Origin: an uncultured delta proteobacterium
GTDB lineage: Bacteria > Desulfobacterota > BSN033 > UBA1163
Assembly (NCBI GenBank): GCA_963827685.1
Contig: CAWHBU010000009.1
Location: 1-64,000 of the forward strand
Length of the DNA stretch: 64,000 nucleotides
Direction of reading: 5' to 3'
A program made the translations under genes and the position numbers. This document shows, piece after piece, positions 37,280-45,417 of this stretch (within the stretch, counting starts at the first letter, position 1; the number at the start of each line of letters is the position of its first letter). The notes under the pieces were generated by a model, which saw only the letters and a list, made by a program, of their open reading frames with translations, was not told the DNA's origin and searched no databases.

Positions 37280-38410
37280 CTAGGTCCTTGGCCTGAGAAC
37301 AGTAGAAACGACTTCGAATGCTGCATCGGGTCGTGCCATTCGTCTTGCAGCCTGCTGCATTCTTGAAAACCGTTCTTTATCCGACAGGAGAGTATCGATT
37401 TTATAAGCCAAGGCCGGAAGGTTATTACATCGAATTCCCACCCCTTCCTCCAGAAAATGGTCGCTGTTTCTTTCCTCTTGACCAGGAATGGGATTCACGA
37501 TGACCAGGACAAGTCCCCGGGCCAATGCCTCGGAACTGGTCAGTCCTCCAGCCTTACCCACCAGCAGGTCTGAGGCAGCCATCCAGCTATTCATTTCATC
37601 GGTAAAACCTATGACCTTCATCGGATGCCGCGTGTTTGAAAGACTTTTCAAATGGTCCTCAAGGCGCTTGTTGCGACCACAAATGACAACCATTTGGATA
37701 GGATGTCGGATCTCATGGATGGTACGAACAAGAGATTCGACAGGTCCCACGCCGAACCCTCCAGGAGAAACCAGAAGCGTTGTTTTGTCAGGATCGAAGC
37801 CAAGGTGGATTCGGGTCTCCGGCTTGGGTTTCTCCACTCCGAAGATCGGATCGATGGGAATCCCCGTGACGAAGATTGTTTCAAGGGGGATGCCTAAGGC
37901 AGCAAGATAGACCCGTGTCTCCTCACAGGCCACAAAGTACCAGTCCACGTTCTGGAGCAGCCACATGGCGTGGGCATCGAAGTCGGTCACCACCACACCG
38001 ATTGGGATGTCGAGAATTTTTTTCTTCCGCAAATAGAGAAGTATTTCTGCGGGGAGAAAATGGGTGCACAAGGCAAGATCGGGATTCTCCTGTCTGATCA
38101 GTTTGACCAGAGGGCCTGTATTGAGCCGATCCAGAGCCAATCGCCGCTTTTGGAATTGCCAAGGACGGTCAAAAGTTTTGTAGAGCCAGCCGAGAAGGTC
38201 TGGCCCACGAGTCATAAGCTCCACATAGAGATCGGAATAGATCTTTCTAAAGACGGGATTGGTGTGCCGGAGGACTTCGATATGACGTGCGGAAATCCCC
38301 TTTGCCTCAAAGGCAGAAACAAGTGCATCCGCTGCTCGAAGATGGCCAGTGGCTGCGGCGGCGGATAGAACCATTACGGAATTTGGCTTTGCTGCTGCAT
38401 GTTCTGTCAT
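37280..38410 (-). CDS. MGDG synthase / UgtP-like glycosyltransferase (GT28)
   Basis: GHLRAA, CTHFLP, VVTDF..H..W, TGIPI, KAGGLTSSEA, IPGQEERN. Confidence 0.9.
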   Translation of the reverse strand: MTEHAAAKPNSVMVLSAAAATGHLRAADALVSAFEAKGISARHIEVLRHTNPVFRKIYSDLYVELMTRGPDLLGWLYKTFDRPWQFQKRRLALDRLNTGPLVKLIRQENPDLALCTHFLPAEILLYLRKKKILDIPIGVVVTDFDAHAMWLLQNVDWYFVACEETRVYLAALGIPLETIFVTGIPIDPIFGVEKPKPETRIHLGFDPDKTTLLVSPGGFGVGPVESLVRTIHEIRHPIQMVVICGRNKRLEDHLKSLSNTRHPMKVIGFTDEMNSWMAASDLLVGKAGGLTSSEALARGLVLVIVNPIPGQEERNSDHFLEEGVGIRCNNLPALAYKIDTLLSDKERFSRMQQAARRMARPDAAFEVVSTVLRPRT

Positions 38411-38451
38411 TTAAATTCCCTCCTTGTTCTAGTGTCCCCTTTGGGGATGGT

Positions 38452-38712
38452 GGAAACCCCTCGCCTTCAGGCGAAGCAAAATTAGGCGAAACGTGAGCCA
38501 AGCGAATATGAGCCGCTTTGAAAGGGAAACCACTAAAGCTCGTCATACCCGCGAAAGCGGGTATCCAGAATTTGGAGCATCTGGATTCCTGCTGGAGTTT
38601 ATCCCGATGAAAATCGGGGCAGGAATGACAGATAAATGAACATTCAAAACCTAAGTCGACTTCAGTCGACCCGTTCGGGGAACCCTTCGCCTTCAAGGCG
38701 AGGAAGAATTCA
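38452..38712 (+). mobile_element. Non-autonomous IS200/IS605-derived miniature element (PATE-like)
   Basis: Two related hairpins AACCCCTCGCCTTCAGGCGAAG and AACCCTTCGCCTTCAAGGCGAGG-AAGAATTCA resembling IS605 ends; no ORF. Confidence 0.5.
38541..38629. repeat. GTCAT(T/A)CCCGCGAAAGCGGG-type REP doublet
   Basis: CGTCATACCCGCGAAAGCGGGTATCCAG ... CTGGATTCCTGC ... GCAGGAATGAC, with an ATCCCGATGAAAATCGGG insert. Confidence 0.75.
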
Positions 38713-39459
38713 GTCCTCTTTCGGTATGAAAGAGGAGCTTGGTTTGTCCGTCTCCTCTCCCAAACAAAGAGCCTTGACCTCCCGGCTCTCCATCAGTGTG
38801 GGTGCAGACCCTTCTTTGATCACACGACCATTTCTCAGGAGATATCCCCGGTCGGAGATAGCCAAAGAGAGTCGGATCTCTTGCTCTACGATAAAGAGGG
38901 TGAGTCCCCTCTGGTTCATTTCTCTAAATGTGGCAAAGACTTCATCCATCAGACGAGGAGCTAATCCTAAGGAAGGTTCATCCAGCAACAGGAGTTTAGG
39001 ACGGCCCATCATCGCCCTCCCGATGGAGAGCATCTGTTGCTCCCCTCCACTGAGGGTTCCCGCTCTTTGATGGGTTCTCTCTTGGAGTACAGGGAGGAGC
39101 TGATAGATCCGCTCCAAATCCTTTTTTATCTCTTTCTTTTCATTCCTGTAACGGTAGGCACCCATCATGAGATTATCCATGACGGAAAGCGTGGGGAAGA
39201 TATGGCGTCCTTGAGGAACATGGCCGATCCCTTTGGAGACGATCTGATGAGGGCTCAGGTTGGTGATATCCTTCTCTTCGAAGATGATTCTTCCTTCCGT
39301 GGTCTTCAGGATTCCGGAAAGGGTGAGTAACAGGGTCGTTTTTCCCGCTCCATTGGGACCCAAGAGAGTGACGGTCTCTCCCTGTTTGACCTCCAAAGAA
39401 ATTTCATATAATGCAGGGAGAGGCCCATATTGAACGGTCAGCTTTTTGATTTTAAGCAT
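38710..39459 (-). CDS. livF: Branched-chain amino acid-type ABC ATPase LivF
   Basis: GPNGAGKTT, LSGGEQQM, DEPSLGLAP. Confidence 0.9.
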   Translation of the reverse strand: MLKIKKLTVQYGPLPALYEISLEVKQGETVTLLGPNGAGKTTLLLTLSGILKTTEGRIIFEEKDITNLSPHQIVSKGIGHVPQGRHIFPTLSVMDNLMMGAYRYRNEKKEIKKDLERIYQLLPVLQERTHQRAGTLSGGEQQMLSIGRAMMGRPKLLLLDEPSLGLAPRLMDEVFATFREMNQRGLTLFIVEQEIRLSLAISDRGYLLRNGRVIKEGSAPTLMESREVKALCLGEETDKPSSSFIPKED

Positions 39460-40228
39460 CCGGGTTCCTGTTACGCCGGGTGAGGTAGGCATCAATCACA
39501 CGTGGGTTCTTTTTCACCCCTTCCGGCGTTCCTTCAGCAATAAGTTCGCCATTATGAAGGACCGCTATCTCATCCGCTATCTCCATCACCATGCCCATGT
39601 GATGCTCCACCATGAAGACCGTGACTCCCTCCTGCCGGATCTGTGAGATCCGTTCTGAAAGCTGCTCAATTTCTGTAAGGGTCAGTCCGGACGCCGGTTC
39701 ATCTAAAAGGAGGAGTTCCGGCTTCATGGCAAGGGCCCTGCCTAACTCCAAAAGTTTTTGTTTGCCGTAAGGGAGTTGGGAAGCCATGGATTCCCATTTG
39801 CCCAACAGACCCAGAGAATCGAGGATCTCTTTGGCTTCCTTCAAGGCTTCTTTCTCCGACCTTCTGATCCAGGGGAGCCAAAGTCCGTAGGAGAAGAAAC
39901 CACCTTTCAGCCTTCGATCCATCCCAGCCATGATGTTCTCCACCACAGTCATGTTTCCCCAAATCTGAAGTGTCTGAAAAGTTCTTCCTATTCCAAGGGC
40001 TGATCTCTCATGGGGCGCCAAGGAGATAATATTTTTTTCCTTAAAGCAGATTTTCCCTGAATCAGGTTTCTCTACGCCACTGATCAAATGGAAGAGCGTG
40101 CTTTTCCCAGCTCCATTGGGTCCGATCAGTCCCTTGATGCTCCCCTTTTCCACTTTGAGTGAAACCCGGTCCAGAGCCCGTATTCCATCATATTCCTTAG
40201 TAATCGCTTTGATCGAGAGCAGTGACAT
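39452..40228 (-). CDS. livG: Branched-chain amino acid-type ABC ATPase LivG
   Basis: GPNGAGKST, RTFQ, LPYG, DEPASGL, VIDAYL. Confidence 0.9.
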   Translation of the reverse strand: MSLLSIKAITKEYDGIRALDRVSLKVEKGSIKGLIGPNGAGKSTLFHLISGVEKPDSGKICFKEKNIISLAPHERSALGIGRTFQTLQIWGNMTVVENIMAGMDRRLKGGFFSYGLWLPWIRRSEKEALKEAKEILDSLGLLGKWESMASQLPYGKQKLLELGRALAMKPELLLLDEPASGLTLTEIEQLSERISQIRQEGVTVFMVEHHMGMVMEIADEIAVLHNGELIAEGTPEGVKKNPRVIDAYLTRRNRNPDA

Positions 40229-41316
40229 TAAAGCTTTCCCTCGTCTCTCTTCTTTTTTTTCGCCCAATAACCGATCAGGTAGATCACCCTGACATTCAAA
40301 CGGGTTCCAACACCGTCCGGGAAGAAGATGAGCAGCAGGATCAAGATGACGCTGTAAATGGGGAGGCTGTATTCCTGATATTTGCTCAGAATATCCATGA
40401 GCCAGGTGAGGAGGATGGCGCCAGCAATGGGACCGTAGATGTTTCCCATTCCTCCTAAGATGACCATCATGACAATGAGAACGGTAAACCCAAGGCTAAA
40501 GGCTTCGGGATTGGCTGTTGACATGACGCCGGCGAAGAGACTTCCGGCCAATCCAGCAAAAGCTGCACCTAAGACAAAAACATCTAATTTAGTTTTGGGC
40601 ACATCGATCCCCACACTCGACGCAGCATCTTCACTGGTCGCCACAGCCAGAAGGGCCCGGCCCACTTTAGAGCGAACCAGATTTTTTGAGAAGATGAATA
40701 AACCAATGAGCACCCCCCAGGCGAGATAGTACTGTTTAAGATAGGTATCGAAAGAGAACCCCATCACAGAGAACCAGGGGATGCCAAAGATCCCAATGAC
40801 CCCGCCGGTGAGATAAGTGGATTCCCGCACGATCACCAAAAAGATTTCTCCAAACCCCAGTGTGGCTAAAGCTAAGAAGTATCCCTTCAGTTTGAGAATG
40901 GGCTTGCCAATAAAATAGGCGATCAAAGCCGCTGAAAGAGCCGAGGCCCAAAAGGCTGCAAACGGTGGAAAGCCACAACGGGTGGTGAGGATGGCTGTGG
41001 TGTAGGCCCCGATTCCAAAGAAGGCAGCGTGACCCAGAGAGATCTGGCCGGCATAGCCCATAAAGAGACCTAATCCCAATGCCAGGATCGCATAAATCCC
41101 TGCCAAGACCATAAGATGATGGAAGTGTGGATCAGACCAGATCAGGGGCGCCAAGCAGATCGCACCAAGATAAAAGAGGTCTTTCTTTTTAAACTCCTTT
41201 TTATGATAGAGGTATGGGTCTGGCGCGATTAAAGAGAGTAACCACAAGGGCACCAGATAGAACAGGTCCCGTTTTCTAAACTCCGTTTGTCGCACCTTCG
41301 CTGTTTGAGAAGACAT
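40228..41316 (-). CDS. livM: Branched-chain amino acid-type ABC permease LivM
   Basis: GYAGQISLGHAAFFGIGAY, LKGYFLALATL. Start 41316, because the longer ORF runs through a repeat. Confidence 0.88.
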   Translation of the reverse strand: MSSQTAKVRQTEFRKRDLFYLVPLWLLSLIAPDPYLYHKKEFKKKDLFYLGAICLAPLIWSDPHFHHLMVLAGIYAILALGLGLFMGYAGQISLGHAAFFGIGAYTTAILTTRCGFPPFAAFWASALSAALIAYFIGKPILKLKGYFLALATLGFGEIFLVIVRESTYLTGGVIGIFGIPWFSVMGFSFDTYLKQYYLAWGVLIGLFIFSKNLVRSKVGRALLAVATSEDAASSVGIDVPKTKLDVFVLGAAFAGLAGSLFAGVMSTANPEAFSLGFTVLIVMMVILGGMGNIYGPIAGAILLTWLMDILSKYQEYSLPIYSVILILLLIFFPDGVGTRLNVRVIYLIGYWAKKKKRDEGKL

Positions 41317-41337
41317 GGTCTCCCGGGCGATCACGTG

Positions 41338-41472
41338 TAAAATTCCAATTTCCAAATCGCAAATTCCAAATAATGTCCAAGCACCAAAATCCAATCAAAT
41401 AATTGTTCCTCGAATTTCGGTCATTGGAATTTTGGTCATTATTTGGTTATTGGTACTTGGGATTTGGTGCTT
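41338..41472. repeat. Heptamer-periodic hairpin element (complete copy)
   Basis: AAATTCCAATTTCCAAATCGCAAATTCCAAATAATGTCCAAGCACCAAAATCCAA ... TTGGAATTTTGGTCATTATTTGGTTATTGGTACTTGGGATTTGGTGCTT. Confidence 0.8.
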
Positions 41473-41530
41473 CATAACTCGTCAAGACTTTTTTCAAAAA
41501 GCTAAATAGATATCTCGTTCCTTGTCTGTT

Positions 41531-42421
41531 CTACCATCGGCGGCTATCGATAAAAGGTGACCCCAAAATCCCTTTGGGCCGGAAATATAGGATGAGCAAT
41601 AAAATCACAAAAGCGACTGCATCTTTATACCCGGAAGGAATGAAGATCAAGCTTAGAGATTCCATTATCCCGAGGACAAAGCCTCCAAGAATAGCACCGC
41701 TGTTCTTTCCCCAGCCTCCCAAGACGGCTGCGATAAAACCCTTCAGACCTAAAAGCGTCCCGGAACTATAACTGGTGAAGAAGATGGGGGTGATCAGAAT
41801 TCCGGCGAAGGCTCCTACCCCAGCGCTCACTCCGAAAGCTAAAAAGACCATTAGGTTTCTTGATATGCCCAGGAGATCAGTCCCCAAAGGATCCGTTGAA
41901 CTTGCCTCCATGGCCTTTCCCAATAAGGTTCGATGGGAGAGGAGATAGAGAAAGATCAGTAATATGAAAGTGGATAATAAGACCCACATGCTCTGGGGAA
42001 GAACCGAGATTCCCCAAAACTGCAGAGGTTGTTCACTGGTGAACGGAGGAAGAGCTTTAGGCAGCGTTCCAAAGACAAGACCGCTTGTACTGCTAAGGAA
42101 GATGGAGACGCCAAGCGTTGCCATGATGAGGATGAGAATAGAAGCTTTTCTCAAAGGATAGATGACGGAGAGATGCATGGCGAAGCCGATCAGAACGACA
42201 AGGACGATGGCTGCCAGAGCAGCGATAGGGTAGGGGAGTTTTACACTATTCAGGAGGAAGAAGGTGACGACTCCTCCTAACATGACAAATTCCCCTTGGG
42301 CAAAATTGATGATTTGAGAAGCCCTGGAGATAGTCACAAATCCCAAGGCGACCAGGGCATAGATGGCCCCCGTGGTGATACCGGAAGAAAGGAGCTGGGG
42401 AATATACGTCCAAGAATCCAT
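41531..42421 (-). CDS. livH: Branched-chain amino acid-type ABC permease LivH
   Basis: GAIYALVALG, INFAQGEF, KGFIAAVLGG. Confidence 0.9.
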   Translation of the reverse strand: MDSWTYIPQLLSSGITTGAIYALVALGFVTISRASQIINFAQGEFVMLGGVVTFFLLNSVKLPYPIAALAAIVLVVLIGFAMHLSVIYPLRKASILILIMATLGVSIFLSSTSGLVFGTLPKALPPFTSEQPLQFWGISVLPQSMWVLLSTFILLIFLYLLSHRTLLGKAMEASSTDPLGTDLLGISRNLMVFLAFGVSAGVGAFAGILITPIFFTSYSSGTLLGLKGFIAAVLGGWGKNSGAILGGFVLGIMESLSLIFIPSGYKDAVAFVILLLILYFRPKGILGSPFIDSRRW

Positions 42422-42437
42422 GAGGTCAATTGGTCAC

Positions 42438-42473
42438 AAAAAAGGGGTGAGACGATTTCGTTTACTCACCCCC
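42438..42473 (-). terminator. Intercistronic stem-loop after the SBP gene
   Basis: GGGGTGAG...CTCACCCC followed by a U-tract on the minus strand. Confidence 0.6.
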
Positions 42474-42507
42474 TGATTTACCATATAAATTATATTTTCT
42501 TCAACCT

Positions 42508-43695
42508 TTATTCGAATCCGGGAAATCTAATTCTCTTGAACTTACCGCCTTCGATCCGAATGAAAACCATATCCTTTTTGCTTAGACCATCGTGGTCGGT
42601 GGGGCTGTAGTTGTATATTCCGTGACAATTCTTCAGACCTTTGGTGTTTTCCAAGGCATCTCTGAATGTGGCCTTTGTAACCTTTCCTTGGCATCGTTTC
42701 AAAGCATCATAGATCAGCGAGATCGCATCATGCGCATGGCCGGCTATCTGGTCAATTCCTACACCATAGCGTTCCGTGAACCGCTTGTTGAAATCGAGGA
42801 TGACCGGTCGCACGGGATCATTCTCATCAAGTTGATCAGAGACCACAGGTTTTCCAGCAGCAAACTCCACACCCTCCATGGCCTCTCCACCCAGGGCGAT
42901 GATAAAGCCGAATCCAAAGGCATGGGTTCCAAGGATTGGAATCTTAATCCCCTGGGTCCGTAAATTCTTGCAAATGATAGGACCTGGTGGTCCACCGGTA
43001 CAGGCATAAAAGGCATCCACCTTTTCTTTTTCGATGATGGGCTTGAGCTTGATAATCTGGGGGGTCATGTCAATGTCGGTTGGCTTATGGGTCTCCTGAG
43101 AGATGATGACCTTCATACCCTTCTCTTCCCCAAAGCGCTTGTAATAGTTGGCCAGGCTCTGGGCCAAGGGCCATGCGCCATGGAAAACCAGAACCTTTTT
43201 ATATTTTCTGGCCAGAGAAAGGTCCACCAGCTTTTGAGAGACAATGATGTCGCTCTGAGCGATGTTGAAGGCCCATTTTTGCTTTAAGCTTCGAACCATT
43301 GGGTTGGAAGGGCAGATGATGATGTTTGTGATCTTCTCCCTTTCGGCAATGGCCCTGGTCGTTGCCTGTAGATTATCCTCAAAAGGCCCGACAACCGCTA
43401 TGATTTCTTTATCTCTGGTAAACTTGGTCATATTGGCAGCGGCCCTCCCGAGATCGAAGCCATTATCCTCGAAGATCAGCTCAAGAGGGTGTCCGTCAAT
43501 ACCGCCCATCTTATTTATCCTCTCCACCTCTAAGACCATGGCATTTTTCACGGTCTTGGTCACCTCTGCCCAGGGCCCGGTGAATTCGAGGTTGACTCCA
43601 ATTTTATGAGGGGATTTTTCAGCGACATAGGCGGGAGAAGCCCAGACCAAGAAAATCAGCGTCAAAATGGATATGAAAGGGACTATCTTCTTCAT
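42508..43695 (-). CDS. Liv-type ABC substrate-binding protein
   Basis: Signal peptide; KIGVNLEFTG; INKMGGIDG; YNYSPTDHDGL. Confidence 0.9.
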   Translation of the reverse strand: MKKIVPFISILTLIFLVWASPAYVAEKSPHKIGVNLEFTGPWAEVTKTVKNAMVLEVERINKMGGIDGHPLELIFEDNGFDLGRAAANMTKFTRDKEIIAVVGPFEDNLQATTRAIAEREKITNIIICPSNPMVRSLKQKWAFNIAQSDIIVSQKLVDLSLARKYKKVLVFHGAWPLAQSLANYYKRFGEEKGMKVIISQETHKPTDIDMTPQIIKLKPIIEKEKVDAFYACTGGPPGPIICKNLRTQGIKIPILGTHAFGFGFIIALGGEAMEGVEFAAGKPVVSDQLDENDPVRPVILDFNKRFTERYGVGIDQIAGHAHDAISLIYDALKRCQGKVTKATFRDALENTKGLKNCHGIYNYSPTDHDGLSKKDMVFIRIEGGKFKRIRFPGFE

Positions 43696-43718
43696 CGTAT
43701 TACCTCCTTAAGTCAGAA

Positions 43719-43798
43719 GTAGCGCCCCCATTTAATGGGGGCGAATGACTTAACGTCGGCAGTACCTGCCTGCCGGCAGGCAGGAATGCCGACGCTAC
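43719..43798. repeat. GTAG-family REP doublet (REPIN) with an inserted CCTGCC palindrome
   Basis: GTAG CGCCCCCATTTAATGGGGGCG ... CGTCGGCAGTA[CCTGCCTGCCGGCAGGCAGG]AATGCCGACG CTAC. Confidence 0.75.
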
Positions 43799-43804
43799 AT
43801 TATA

Positions 43805-44827
43805 TTACAGATACTTCTGTATCAGGATCTCGGCGATCTGGACGGCATTGAGTGCCGCACCCTTCCGGATATTGTCCGCAACGATCCACAGATTGATGTC
43901 GTTGGGGATGGATTCATCCTCGCGAATCCGTCCGACAAAGGTCTCGTCTTTGCCTGCCGCATGAATAGCGAGAGGATATTCGAATTTCTTTGGGTTATCC
44001 ACGACTACCACACCGGGTGCCTTCGAGAGAATTTTTCTGACTTCATCGGATTTCAATTTCTTCTCTGTCTCGATATTGACCGACTCCGAATGGCCATAGA
44101 AGACGGGGACTCTTACGGTCGTGGCCGTTACACCAATCGAATTATCCTCCATGATCTTCTTCGTCTCATTGACCATCTTCAACTCCTCCTTGGTGTAACC
44201 ATTATCGAAGAAGACGTCGATGTGAGGAAGACAGTTGAAGGCAATCTGATGGGGATAGACCTCCTTTTTGACCTCCTGTTGGTTGTAGATGGCGAGAACC
44301 TGGGTCTCTAATTCTTTGATCGCCCTTTTTCCCGTTCCGGAGACCGCCTGGTAGGTAGAGACCACCACCCTTTTGATCCGGGCAACATCATGGATGGGCT
44401 TCAGCACGACCACCATCTGAATGGTCGAGCAGTTGGGGTTGGCGATAATATTCTTTTTTGGATATTGAGCAATGGCATGGGCGTTTACCTCTGGAACCAC
44501 CAGAGGGACTTCAGGGTCCATTCGAAAGGCGCTGGTATTGTCAATCACCACACAGCCTGCCTTTCCGGCGATAGGGGCAAACTTTTCGCTCACCGAGCCT
44601 CCTGCAGAGAAGAGGCCGATATCGACTCCGGCAAAGGAGTTTTCGTTGAGCACCTCCACCGTATAAGACTTTCCTTTAAACTCCATCTTCTTGCCCGCGC
44701 CCCGTGTGGAGGCGAGAAGTTTCAACTTATCCACCGGGAAGTTTCTCTCCTCGAGAATAGCGACCATTTCATTTCCCACCGCACCGGTGGCCCCCACGAC
44801 AGCAACGTTATATTTTTGTTTCTTCAC
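43805..44827 (-). CDS. asd: Aspartate-semialdehyde dehydrogenase
   Basis: VVGATGAVG, IIANPNCST, STYQAVSG, DNIRKGAALNAVQIAE. Confidence 0.97.
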   Translation of the reverse strand: MKKQKYNVAVVGATGAVGNEMVAILEERNFPVDKLKLLASTRGAGKKMEFKGKSYTVEVLNENSFAGVDIGLFSAGGSVSEKFAPIAGKAGCVVIDNTSAFRMDPEVPLVVPEVNAHAIAQYPKKNIIANPNCSTIQMVVVLKPIHDVARIKRVVVSTYQAVSGTGKRAIKELETQVLAIYNQQEVKKEVYPHQIAFNCLPHIDVFFDNGYTKEELKMVNETKKIMEDNSIGVTATTVRVPVFYGHSESVNIETEKKLKSDEVRKILSKAPGVVVVDNPKKFEYPLAIHAAGKDETFVGRIREDESIPNDINLWIVADNIRKGAALNAVQIAEILIQKYL

Positions 44828-44880
44828 TGTTTTCTCCGTTGTTTACTATTACAACATTCCATTAAGAATCGCCACAGATA

Positions 44881-44978
44881 AAGATCCAAAATCCTAATAT
44901 CGAAATTCTGATCGTTAGGAGCGAGGCGTTAGGTGTAAGGGGTAAACCCGCTTGCGACTTCCGCCTCCCGCTTTCACG
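44881..44978. repeat. Degenerate heptamer repeats (two types)
   Basis: AAATCCTAATATCGAAATTC; CGTTAGG AGCGAGG CGTTAGG TGTAAGG ... CCGCTTG CGACTTC CGCCTCC CGCTTTC. Confidence 0.5.
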
Positions 44979-45189
44979 GAAGGAATTTCGTACTTACAAA
45001 AAAGGGGTGCCTTTCGAACACCCCTGTTCTTTAGATACCACTTTGTATCTAAATAATAAATAGGAGAAAAAGGAGGAGGTTGTCAAGAGGGGAAGTTCAA
45101 CTCGCTAATCCCAGACCCATTCTTATCACTCTTCAACTCACTTAATCTTGGATACCGTGGACTCGAAACTCTTCTTCTGTATTCTTGGT

Positions 45190-45384
45190 TCACATTTCAA
45201 GGCCTGGCACCTCACTCTGGCACCGATTAATCTTAGAAGCCTTAGTCACTACTCCAACTACCTCCTCTAAAGGCGGATACTCTGCAAGTCTCTTTCGTTC
45301 AAAGAAGATTTTCCTCCTCTCATTTCCCCGGCTGGTGATGTGATATAAAGCGCCAGCATACTCTATCCGAAGCGGCCTACCCAT
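45190..45384 (-). pseudogene. RAYT / Y1 transposase remnant (N-terminus fused to a C-terminal fragment)
   Basis: MGRPLRIEYAGALYHITSRGNERRKIF is the typical RAYT-like N-terminus; HUH core missing; 23-bp direct repeats at 45190-45212 and 45418-45440. Confidence 0.8.
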
Positions 45385-45417
45385 AATAAAATCCTTCCAA
45401 TAATGAGAACCCTTGTT

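Noticed and set aside
30183-41472. Heptamer repeat tracts as CRISPR arrays
   Set aside because: No constant 23-47 bp repeat with unique spacers, and no cas genes in the window.
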